A stretch of 64,000 nt of DNA from Lobosporangium transversale. Its lineage: Eukaryota. The DNA is taken from positions 124,001 through 188,000 of the forward strand of contig NW_019028991.1 in the NCBI RefSeq assembly GCF_002105155.1, given 5' to 3'. How positions within the stretch are numbered: position 1 is the first letter of the stretch; the number at the start of each line of letters is the position of its first letter. The position numbers were made by a program, and so were the translations under genes. The notes below the pieces were generated by a model. It made no database searches and was not told the DNA's origin. It saw nothing but the letters and a program-made list of their open reading frames with translations. Shown here one piece after another: positions 23,655-36,026 of the stretch.

Positions 23655-26600
23655 AAAGAAAAGAGCGTGGACTAATTTTTTTTTTTTTTTTTTTTTTTTT
23701 CTCAAAAAAAATGTGTCTAGGGGTTTTGATCGGTTCAAGCTTCGTTTTTAAAAAGAAGGGTCTGATCAACTGCACTAGGAATGGCATGCTTGCTGGAGAA
23801 GGATATGCATATCTAAAATCAATGATGTGGTGGACAGGAATGATTATGAGTAAGTTGAAAGATAGGATGTCAAAAAAAAAAAAAAAAAAAAAAATGGAAT
23901 TGCTGTGTTGTTAAATATAAATGTGATTTTTCCTTTTCTCTTTCCTTCTTCCACGCTCCGTAGTGGTAGTAGGCGAAGTATGCAATTTTGTTGCGTACGC
24001 ATTCGTACAGCCGATCCTGGTAACGCCTCTCGGAGCTCTGAGTGTTGTCATTTGGTAAAGTAGGGCGGTGGAATATATGTATAGATATTTATTTTGTTCC
24101 TAAAACGTAATTTATTTATAATTTATCTTTTTTTTTTTTTTTTTTTTTTAGTGCCGTCTTGTCTTCCATCTTTTTACAGGAACGTCTCAACTTGCAAGGA
24201 AAAGTCGGTTGTGCGCAATGTATCATCGGCGCAACTATAATTGTTCTTCATGCACCCCAACAAAGTGCTGTCAAGACCATCCAAGAGTTTCAGCATTTTA
24301 TGGCTCAGCCTGTATTCTTGTCATGGATGATCCTCATCGTCTTGGTATCTCTCTGGCTCATCTGGAAAGCTGGCCCACGGTGGGGGAAGGAGCATATGAT
24401 GGTTTATATCGGCATCTGTTCTTTGATTGGATCCCTCTCAGTAGTGGCCACTCAGGCTCTCGGTGCTGCCATTGTGCACAACATCTCTACAGGTGAACCT
24501 CAATTCAATATTTGGTTTACGTATTTTGTAATCATCTTCATGGTCATCACGCTTTTGATCGAGATCAATTACTTGAATAAGGCCTTGAATTTGTTCAACA
24601 CAGGTAAATTATGACTTGTATGTCTACGCCTTTTAGTAGACATTCTCCATTCTTTTTCATAGGCTTTTTATACATTATAGCTAATGATCAGTCGCTTTTT
24701 TTTTCTTCCCTTGCAATTTTCAGCTATGGTAACCCCAACTTACTATGTAACATTCACCTCCGCAACTATAATCACTTCTGCGATCCTCTACCAAGGATTT
24801 CATGCATCCGTCGTTGCGATCCTGTCAGTCGTCTTTGGTTTCTTTGTCATCTGTGGTGGTGTTTTACTCCTGCAGACGTCTAAACCTGTAGTTCCTTTAC
24901 CTCCTATACCTATTCCAGAGAATGCTACGGATGCTTCAGAACTGGAGGCTGCTATGGTTAGCACCATCCTCTATGAAGAGTTGGAACCTACTGCTGCGGA
25001 TATGCGTGCTTCTCCTTTCAGCAGTATTCGACGAATCAGTCGTGATCTACGTCAACCGAGCATCATCAGCAATCATTATAGTTCCAATAACGTCTTCCAA
25101 AGTTCGCCATTGAACCCTAGGGCGGAGAGTTTGCTACAACGGAAGAGAAGGGCCTCGAATGCGACAACAAATACAGCACCATGGTCACGGCCTCAGAGCA
25201 TTGCAGGCAGCACAACTGCATTTTATCCATCTTCCTCTGGGACATACTCAAGCATGGCGATGGGCCCTAACGGAGCACAAGTTCGGTTACAGTTGTGCGA
25301 GATTGTGGTCTCCGATGAGAAGAACGAGACAAGCCGATATCAAGTTTATAGACCTATCCCTACATCCGGCACTTCGCCTGAAACAAACGCGAATATACAC
25401 TCGACAGGACTGAGACACTCATTGCTGGGGCCCCGAAGAAGTATGTTGGCAGACTCAAGATCATCATCCATCCGATTCAGTCATATTCCTTCACAGCCAG
25501 CATCAGCTGACGAAATTAATGAAAAGAGCGACCATTACCATCATCCTCAGTCCACACCTAGTCAGGGCCAGAAGCACTCATCTGCAGTCTCAGGATCAAT
25601 GTTCTTACCCCCAAGAGTCGCTATCAGTTCGCCTACGCCCTCACCTTCGTCTAATGTCTCAACGTCATCGAATACTGCTTCTATTGCCCTTAATCCTAAT
25701 ACTAATAATGATCCCTCCACAGCACCTTCGCCACAACAACAACAACCTACTATGCCTGCCGCGCTTCTCTTACCGCCGCCACCCAAAACCTCACCTTCAT
25801 CTGGATCACTGTTGGCTGGGGGGCCCTTCTTTAGGCGACCAACAGCCCCGGTAGCCAATAAGCTCCGACCCTCTTCTATTGCGTCCTCAGCATTTGGTGG
25901 AGACATCATGGAAATGAACGATCCTGGCCACACAGGCAAGACTGTCATTTCGATCGAGCCAGTTCAACAGCAGCCGTTGTTTTCATTGTATATAACGCCA
26001 CCACCACCATCCACCCTTTCCAGCACCACCACGGCCTCAGGCTTCAATGGCTTAAACCACTTCCAGCATCATGGCCCTAAATCAGTCCCTGTATCTTCGC
26101 TACCCCTGTCTGGTGCAATCCCAACCAATTCGAATACGCCTTCTTCTACAATTGCTGCTCATATTGCAGGGAATATAAATGGAAAGTCGTTGGGCCAGAA
26201 AGCGAGAGAGGGTACAGAGGCTATGGCTGAGGAGGAGAATAAAGCTAAAGAGAGCACTCAAGATGGCACTAATGGTAGTAATAAGCATAATGATAATGAT
26301 CGTGATGACACTGTTAATGGTAGTGGTGGCAATAATGACGATTATAATCATCAGGAGCCTATAGAAGATGTACGGACTACTGCACCACTATCAAAGCCAA
26401 CAGCAAAACCAAGACGTAGTCTATTTGGACTCAGCAAACTATTTGGGCTCAAGGAGAGGAACAAGTACGATGAGAAAGTTGATAGTGATGACCATTACCA
26501 ACCACCATTGGGAACGACATTATCAACGGAATCATCATCATCGACTACTCCACTGAACCCGATAGCAGGAGCAAGGGTAGGGGCGGGAGCAGATGTAGAG

Positions 26601-26777
26601 GTAGAGGCAGAGGCAGAGATGGAGGCAGAGACGGAGATAGCAATAGTGGCTTCTAAGGGCAACCCACTCACATCTGTATCATCACCATCGCCCACGGCCT
26701 TTCATCGAACAAACCATCCAACGACTCGAATCTCGGAAGGAGAAGAAGAGGAAGATGTTGAGGATTTAAAGTCATAA
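23261..26777 (+). CDS. NIPA-family magnesium transporter with long disordered C-terminal tail, multi-exon
   Basis: KIIGLSLAIGS|GVLIGSSFVFKKKGL, GEGYAYLKSMMWWTG, GEVCNFVAYAFVQPILVTPLGALSV, YIGICSLIGSLSV, NYLNKALNLFNT|AMVTPTYYVTFT. Start codon uncertain. Confidence 0.88.
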
Positions 26778-26846
26778 GAAATAATACGCTAATAATAAAT
26801 TAGTTATGAAAAGTAAAATGAAAATAATGCATTGTTGTTTTATTAA

Positions 26847-26886
<40 letters not shown>

Positions 26887-27113
26887 GCTATTATTGTAGT
26901 CATTATTATTATTACTGTGGTTATTATTATTATTATATTCATCAATTTCATTATGTTCATTGCTCGTTATGTTCATTACTTTGGTTGTTTTACTATTTTA
27001 TATACAGTGTCTTTACTTCTTTCCCTACTACAACCCCCGTTTTTACCCGACCCCGCCTTGCCCCGCCCCAGCTTGGGCTTTTTTTTTTTTTTATTTTTGT
27101 TTTTTCTTTTTCT

Positions 27114-27145
<32 letters not shown>

Positions 27146-27150
27146 TTTTT

Positions 27151-27689
27151 TTACATAATTGTGCAGCATTTTAAAGATTTTTTTACATCATCCCCCTGTT
27201 TAGATCTCTTCTCAGTTCTCTTCTTTTCTGATTTTTCCTTAATCTTCAAGAATTTGCTCGATTTCTGAGATCCAGGTTGGGATGGTGATGGAGTTGCATA
27301 CTTGGAGTAGCCCTTTGTGGAGGTTGTCATCGCAGAGACTGAGGAGGCTATCGTTGTTGTCGTTGGTGTCTTTGTCATGGATGCAAATGCAGATGGATAT
27401 TTTTCCGAGTATGAAGGTGCGTTGGAACCCTTTTTCTTTGAAGTACGGCCATTACTTGTAGAACCAGTTGTCACGGTGGTATAACTACGGATACTATGGT
27501 CACGGCTCTTTCTTCCTCGTTGGCGTGCAACCTCACGGACAAGCCCATAAAACATTTCGTTGATATTAAGACCTGTCTTTGCACTGTAAAGTAATAATAA
27601 TAATAATAATAATAATATATAAAAAAAATAAAGTTAATAAAAGACGCGCCAGAATAAAAATATATGAAAAAAAGCTTATTTTTCCACAC

Positions 27690-27720
<31 letters not shown>

Positions 27721-28039
27721 CTCTTTTTCTCTCTCTCTTACCTCGCCTCTACAAAGAGTGCATTAGAATCTTCTGCAAATCGAGCGCCGACTTCTGTAGG
27801 GACCTGCCTCTCGCCTTGTAGGGCCAGGTCCCATTTATTACCGACAATAATCATAGGGATGTGTGTGTTGGGACTCTCTTTGGCGCGCCAGATTTGATTA
27901 CAGAAACCGACTAATTCCTGGAACGAGCCCATGGAAGCAACAGAGTACACGCAAATGAATGCATCTCCAGACCTATAAAGGCAGGAAATAAATATAAAGC
28001 GGTCAGACTTCAAGCGTTTACAAAGAAGAGAGAAAGAGA

Positions 28040-28123
<84 letters not shown>

Positions 28124-28365
28124 AAGAGGATAGGAGGAGCTGTGATGATGTCGATATATGTATTTTTTTTTTGTTACAAAAAAATTACCTAAAGAATTGA
28201 TCGTTCCAATGGCCACGATATTCATGTTGGCCAGCTGTGTCGTTGATGTCAAGAGTGTATTCTTGGCCATCCACTTCAATATGTTTACAGTATGAGTCTT
28301 CGATCGTAGGATCATATTCGTCATGGAATCTATAGTGTGAAGAAAATGTTTAATCGACAGGGGAG

Positions 28366-28396
<31 letters not shown>

Positions 28397-28477
28397 GTTT
28401 TTAGGGTCTATAATTCTATGGTTCATAATAATATCATAGCAATCAATACAGCAAGAATGATGTTTTATTTTTTTTTT

Positions 28478-28509
<32 letters not shown>

Positions 28510-28605
28510 GAAAAAAACTTACTGGTCTCTCAGAAAACGCAATGTCAGGGCTGATTTGCCGACAGCGCCGTCTCCAACGACAACAATAGACAATTTCTGA
28601 GGCAT
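27151..28605 (-). CDS. Ras-family small GTPase with extended C-terminus and CaaX box (4 exons)
   Basis: [30 protein letters not shown] effector loop, [21 protein letters not shown]-terminal KCCTIM. Confidence 0.9.
28026..28125. repeat. (AG)n microsatellite in a Ras intron
   Basis: Long pure AG run with GAGAAA flanks. Confidence 0.95.
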
Positions 28606-29865
28606 ATTGGTTGATGTGGTTAAAGGATTTAGAGAAGTTCCCTGAGAGTAAGTGTGAATTCGAGAAATTTTGGCTTGCTTTTTATGAAGGCTCTCGTGTG
28701 AGCTTTTGAAGAACGCTAGGATGGATTATCGACGCTTTGTTGTCGCCTTTGTAGGATGGCTATTAAGTTTGAGCTTGGGCCTTCTGCTACGTGTGGTAAC
28801 TGGCTTTGATCTTGTTACTTGTGCTGTTCCTGCTGCTGCTCTTGCTCTGTGTGTATCTGCAAAGGGGGGAGGTTCACTCACTGAAAATGCAACTAATGAG
28901 AAAGACAAAAGTGATGAAGATAGAATGCACGGATGGTCCTGTTATCAAAATAAGGTATGGAGGTTGGCGAATAGATGCGATTAGGCCGCTCCAAGTTCGC
29001 GTGGTTTCTTGGTCTAACAGAAATCTAGTGTTGTGGTTGTGGTTAATTTGACGAGGATGAAGACGATTCTTGTTGGAGCTGCTTTGGCTTGGCTGGTGAT
29101 TAAATGAGTAGGAGGCGTTGCGTTTGTTGTTTCTGCTGTTGCTACTATAATTGTGGTTAATACTTGGATGACCCGTCAATATGATAGCGCAGGTGTCGAG
29201 AGTTCGGTTCTGATAGTTATTGACCTTGCTGACTGAAACTTGACAAAGATGAGCCTGGGTGGATGTTGGTGATGTTGGCGGCAGTTGTGGTGGTCGTTAA
29301 AAAGCTGATGGTACAATCGGGAGAAATGGGAATTGAAAGGGTGACAGCAGCGATGTCCGAAGTGGGGGCCGTAAATGATACTTTTGTAGTTGCTGAACCT
29401 ATAATTATTATTGATGATGTTTGGAATATAATGAATAATTTAACAAATGCAAAAAAAAAAAAGAAGAAGAAGAAGAAGAAAAGAGATGATGATGATTAAG
29501 GTGATGATGGTTAGATATATACTAGAAATGAGGAGAAGAGAGAAGGAGAAGACGGAAGAAGATAGGAGGGGAAAAAAGAGAAGATTAATGTGAGGAAATA
29601 AAATGAAAAATTTAAAATTCAAACTTCGAAATGAAAATGAAAAATGAAAAAAGAAAGAACTTGAAAGTGAAATAAGGCTGATGTAGAAATAAGGATCGCC
29701 ACAGGACTGATGTTCTGAAGATCAGTAGTCAGAAGAAGGTCAATTCCTTGGATGCTTGGGATGCTGTGGTTTCTGCATTAAAAAAAAAAAAAAAAAAAAA
29801 AATCGAGCCCATTTTCCTTTCTTCCCCCCTCTTTTTTTTTTTTTTTTTTTTTTTGTTGATTTCTT

Positions 29866-29906
29866 TTGTGCTTTAGTGCTTTAGTGCTTTAGCGCTTTAG
29901 TGCTTT
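29866..29906. repeat. (TAGTGCTT)n octamer tandem repeat
   Basis: About five imperfect copies. Confidence 0.8.
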
Positions 29907-31086
29907 CACAAATCTGCAAATCTTTTCATCTATAGAGTTTCCTTGCACCTTTCTTCCGTTAAAAAAGTGTATGACCCAAAACCCCATTCTTCTTCATTTC
30001 CTTCCTACCTCCTTTTATTCTTTTCTTCCCTTTGTACTTGCACGTCTCTTTCTTTTCCTTTTCTGTTTTCTTTCTCTTCTCTCGCTCTCTCTTTTTTTTC
30101 TTTGTAGTCTTTCGGAAGTTTTATGCTTGTTTTTCTACTTTTGTTTATTTCTTCTTTGCTTTATTTTTTATTTTTTATTTTTGCTTGCTCTTACTGCGAG
30201 ATGAGGAGATAAAATCAGAGGTTTGAAGGGATAGCATTTCAAAACCCGGTGAGCATACCCGGCGATGACAATGCGATTAACAATGATGCCAATGGATGTT
30301 GAGTAAAGAGATGAGAATAAAAAAGAAAAGAGGGAGTCTGTGTGTATATGTATGCATGAGAGAGCTAGAAAGTGCTAAAGATAAAAAAGATAAAATGCGC
30401 GCGGCCCAGTATACTTCACTCCCTTTTTATTCTGGATGAGATAATCCTAGGAATAAAATAAAAAAAAAAAAAAAAATCGCCCCTCTATCAAAACCACAAA
30501 AAACTCCTGCTCCTTTCTTGGGTCCTTCTGCTCACAGCCATTGATGCATCCCTTACTCCGATAATTCCTGGTTTAGTTTTGGTGTCTATCCTGCGGACAC
30601 GCCATCTGTTTTTGCCGATCCATTTCTGCATGATTTTGTGGGGTATACATATTTCTTTTTATATATATATGTGTATATTTTTTGTTTATTACTATTATTT
30701 CCCATACGCGTCGCGGTTGAGCGAGTAAAAGCAACTATGGGAGTGTTAAATATTCTCCCCCCCCCTCCCTTAACATGGCTTCCACTCTCCTCTCGGAAGT
30801 CAGTGTACACCAACTCATTAGATGGATACTCAATGTCTATTCAGGTACTCGCCTGATGCAAAAATGATCTGTCCATTGTCAAATTCTTATTTGGTTGTGC
30901 GATCGCGCGTATTTTAACTCCCTTTTCCATCTTTTTGTGCCTTTATTTCCCTTTTTATCCCTAATGGGCTTTTTTTTGCATATTTTTTGTTTATACTTTA
31001 TCTTCATATTTCGTTTCTTACTATAGCTCCCTAATCGCGACCATGTTAGAAGCGAATGGGTGAGCATGACTAAGAATCACCTGAAA

Positions 31087-31126
<40 letters not shown>

Positions 31127-32300
31127 ATTGCATTGCATTGCATTGCGTTGTGAAAATAGGAAAATAAACAAAGAGATCAAGATCTTTAAACGTCTCATTA
31201 ATTTTTTCCTTCTTGGCGAATATCCCCACTTTTGACGTTCAGTTCGTCCTGGTCACAGTGTGGCCCTTGTGCCTTGGTAAGAGTCCGGCAAAACCCCGCA
31301 ACAGCATGGATGCTTATTTGGATTGTTTTGAACGTTGCAGGAATTTTAGGGACAGTTATACTTATAGGAACAGTTATAGAAACAGTAATAATAGCAAAAG
31401 CAGTAACAGAATCTGCATCAATAGTAGCTTCAGCAGCAATTGGTAACACTAGTAGCATTAACAGCATTGACAACGGGAAAAGACTTGCTTTTGGCTGTTG
31501 ATGAAGACATCCCTTGAATAAGTACGTTTATGGGCTTTCCGCCCTGACTAGGCTTCCATTGCCATTGTTGTTGTCATTACTGCTGTCGCTACTCCTATCC
31601 AAGCTGCAGCTAGAGTCCTTTTTGGAATGAAATAGATTCTGATGCTGTTGTCGTAACCGGCCTGGTATCGTCGTATGTGCCATGGTCCTTTTCGGCGAAC
31701 CCGATTCTCTCACAGTTACTATTTACTCCTCCTTCCGCTCCTGCTCCTGCTAATGCTGAGGTAAATGCATCCCCCTGCTCAACCTTCATGGCCATCAACG
31801 ACTAGTTTGACCGTTTCCTGCAATTGTGTGTTTCGCTGATTTTTATTCAGCACTCTTTTTCACCAACCTCATCACTCGTTTGCACCACTTATTTGTGTGT
31901 CCATGATGAAAAAGATGTATTGTTTAATCATATGATATACTAGTATATCTGCAAAAAAAAAAGAAAAAAAAAAAAAAAAAAACTATGGTATCCGCTTGCT
32001 TCCACACTGGTTTAAAATATGCCTTGGAAAAGGAAAATAGGGACGAACATCATGTTAAACTTTAAAAGCGATCATCAGATTAGGTTCAGGTAAAGGGATA
32101 CATGCAGCTCCTTTTTCCCTTGTCCTTTGTTTTGTTTATCTGTCGTAGTGATACCAAGACACCAAAAAAACATAAATTTCCCTTTTTACAATTATGTGCA
32201 CAGACAATGTGGGGAAAGAGAATGTGGTGATTTTTCCACACTTATTCCAAAAGCTTATTTTCTTTCCTTTTTTTCTGCAGTTGCTCCTATCATAATTTAA

Positions 32301-35068
32301 CTAGTCTTTCAATGCATTGGCAAAGTCATAGTCCAATGTTTGCTTAACGTAGAATAGCATATACCTGGTAAATAAAAGATGTTTACGTGCGTTAGCTCCA
32401 AGCCTGTCTCTTCATTCTAGTCTGAGACAAACTATTTCATACGCGATTGGTCCGATACTTACGCCTTGCTATCCAGAACCTCTTTTTGGCTTGCCAGAGA
32501 TACTTTATGATCATCAAGTGAGAACCACTAATGTTCAAAGTAAAATATATATTTCAAGAAAAAAAAAAAAAAAAAAAAAAAGTTTAGATACAACGCATAA
32601 AAAGCTCATTGTTCTTTAGCCATTTAAATACACATCCTTTACCTCGCCTCGATGTTTCGCAAATGCAGTATAGTGTCCTGTGTCCATCTTTCCTTGATGA
32701 TTGATCACTGCAAAGAGATTATATACATATGTTGGGATCGGATCAAGTAATCCGTTGTTCATGCTCATTGACGATGCTGTCGACCCAATTATTCCATTTC
32801 CAGAGCTCTCTGGTCCTGAAACTCCGTTGGCCTTTTGCAACGCTGAGAGCTTGTTCTTTTTGAGTTTACGAGCAGCAGCCGTATATTGCGTCATATCAAG
32901 CTGTGCAGGGAATTTAATCTTTGTCTCAATCTTGGAGGCGCCCATAGAGTGTTCAAACCGTTTCAACTGGAAACTCAAGACAGGAGGCACCACTTTAATC
33001 GAGAGCTGCTTGGTGGCGTCCTGGCCATTCTTCCCACATTTGCTGCAATTATACTCGTTTGTGCCCAATTTCTCTGGATGCGTATACCTGTTCGATAGTA
33101 AAGCTATCGGTTAATCTCAGCTATGGTCTCCTTTTAGTACTATTCCTTCAATAGGAGCAGACAAGGGCCATAAAAGTTACCTGTCGAGACAGTCAGCTAA
33201 AGAGTTTGGCCCTTCATTCTTCTCATCATTCCCTCCGCGAACCTTATTGCCGTTAGATTTGCTCCGCTTCGTAGGCCGAAGATCCAGAGAGATATCCAAG
33301 ATAGGATCAAAAGCTGTGGTTACATTCGCACAATTCATGCATGTGACGTCTGACTGCAGAAGTCCTGCAAATGTCTTGTGGATCACGCAGTTGCAGTGGT
33401 GTAACTTGGCGCCTAGTTTTATGCGAATGATAAACATTATGTCCTCAGATTCCAGTTCATTAAGAGTATATCCCATGACAATAAATATAAACATAAACAC
33501 AAGACTCAACGTTTCCATGTCAGTAGTGATTACTTACTAGGCGATTTTGCATGGATTTGGTTAAGCGCACTGATAAAGAACTCATGAGCGTCCTGTTGAG
33601 CATATCCTGCGAGATCCGATGAGGACATCCACATTGTATGAAGGAAACTGCAAGGACCATAGGGCGCCTTTACACCTGAATAAAATTGTGTGAAGAGCTG
33701 GTCCATTTCGCATCCCATACAATCTGCTTTGACCTCGCAGCGCTTAGAACTATGCTGATCACTCAAAAAGTAGCTTCGAAGCAGTGGGTTGTGGATAAAA
33801 CACTGCAAAATCACGTTCATGAAACAGGTTGAACCCATGTTGCGAAGGCCACGGAGTCCTAAAGCAAGTCAGAATCACAAACATGGAAGAGATGAGAATG
33901 AGCTTGAATATGTTCTTTTCAACCAAATATCTGTACATTTTGATTTATTCCTTGCCTTGACATGGCTTCAGTTTTGTGCCAGACTTGATCGCAGCAGCCT
34001 CTTTATTGCCGGCATGCCACTTAAGATATCTTGGTCGCTTCTGACCTGGCTCTGCTTGATACAATGATTCATAGTCCCAAAACAAAGTATTTACAAAATT
34101 AGTGCCAGTATAGGATATTATACATTCAAATATTCCAGATACGGAGTCAGATCTGGGCTTTACCTTGCACCATAGAAATGATTTCAGAAGTCCTTATAAG
34201 TTCAGAATTATAAACTCCTTCGAAATCACGATCGTAGATGAAATCCTTGCAGTGATTGCAGTACAGACCACATCGACTGACTTCCATAGCTACAACGCGG
34301 GTTTAAGAATATATGAGTATAGTTTGAAATGTATTAAGGATGATAAAGTAACTTAATGCAATGTATAAGCATACAGAATGTGTGTCCCGAGTCCTTTGAA
34401 TGCTTTTGAGAATGCTCGCCCTTCCAGCACCCGACGAATACACAATGCAGGCAAGCATGGATTCTTCCTAGAATGGTATCACATGTGAGGCAAGCGGGCG
34501 TAGGCAGCTGTTGAATTGCTTTCCCATTCGGCACGCTATCCTGTTGTTAAGGTAGATTGTTAGATCAATAAGCGTTAGTAAATATGATCCAACGATGGAA
34601 TAGGAATAGTAAATTCGAAGGAACCAGGTGTCCTCCTATATTATTTTTTTTCTTTTTTCTTTTTGGGTATGATATGACATGATCGAGATGAGACGTTGAT
34701 GCACTTAGATGTTTCATTTCATTCTCAGGGGTAAAAAGACAAAGCAACGGATCACAATAGTGACCAAAAGTGTAAGCTTAGCAGGCAAGAACCCTCTCAA
34801 CCAAAATAAAAGAGATCAGGCTTACCTCGGAGTTCCTTGGACGCTTTTTGTCCTTCGAAGAAGTAAGAACGCCGAGAGCATGACGATTCTTATAGTGAAG
34901 GCTGTATCGCACTAGAATCTGGTAATTGGCCACAATATCTGCGCTCTTCTTGAAGGGTTTTATGTGGGGGCATCCGTGAGATGCTGCATGGTCGCCTGGA
35001 AAAAAATCCTGAGTTAATAGTCTGCTTGTAGGGATGAAGGGAGCAGAGGGAGGATTGGCGGTTGACAT
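32301..35068 (-). CDS. UBP8: Ubiquitin C-terminal hydrolase of the SAGA DUB module (Ubp8/USP22), multi-exon
   Basis: ZnF-UBP (CLTC..RIHACLHCVFVGCW..H...H), Cys box GLRGLRNMGSTCFMNVILQ, QQDAHEF, LSFQLKRFEH, His box VINHQGKMDTGHYTAF, WFSLDD, YMLFYVK. Confidence 0.92.
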
Positions 35069-35602
35069 GATAAGTGGGTTTAGCTGACGATGCAAAGCAA
35101 ATAGAATGAAGAATGGGTGATCCCTTTTTGTTTTGCTGTGTTTGGTTAGTTGGTGGCGTGTATGGATTTAGAGACACACAAGAAGCGATATGCTCAGATT
35201 GAGACAGGTCTTATTCTTGAGACTTTTCTTTTTCTTTTATATGTGGGCAATTAATGTTGTCAATGATTAAATGATGTACGGATGAGACAAAAGGATTGAA
35301 TTAGAAAAAGTATATTGAAAATGTGAAGCCAAAGCTCGCCTGGTCAATGAAACTTAAAAGAAAAAATATAAAATGCAATGTGTGTGTGACAATGAGCTCT
35401 TAATGCTGTTCACAATGCACTTTGCACGTGGATGAGAATGATATGGAGAAAGGAATACGATGATGACCTGCCAATGAATGTGAGGAAAGTGAAGAAGAGA
35501 AGGAAGAGGAGAAAAAGAATGGCGCAGGGGATGCATGCCATGGTCTGCATACTTCATTTAACTCCCCTTTTCCCCTGCCTTTCTAATGTGATGATGGCCC
35601 AA

Positions 35603-35634
<32 letters not shown>

Positions 35635-36026
35635 AAGCACGGGATCAGCTCCCACTAAATGACATGCATTAAAAAGAGTCAGCATGAAGAGACCTGGAGC
35701 ATGCATACTTAACCTCTCTCACTTCATTGCATTCCTATCCCATGAATTTCAACCTTTCCATTGCTTTCTCTTCATCCATTTCTATCTTTTCCTATCTAAT
35801 CTTCTTGTAATGCTATCAATTTGTATTCTTATTCATCTCCACACAGCTCTTTTTTAAAACAGGCGCTTGCGTCTTCTACTTAGCAAACGCGTCCTTGACC
35901 TTGTCCAACTGCTCTGTTCTCCATGCATTTTACATTATACACATTATTCGTTCTACTATCTTCTCGTTCAACTCTGAGTTTTTAATTGTCAGCCTTCAAC
36001 CCTTATATCACACCCACCTTATTCAA

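Noticed and set aside
31198..31800. Cluster of short low-complexity ORFs between Ras and UBP8
   Set aside because: No consistent frame, splice model or motif; possibly eroded coding sequence but not supportable.
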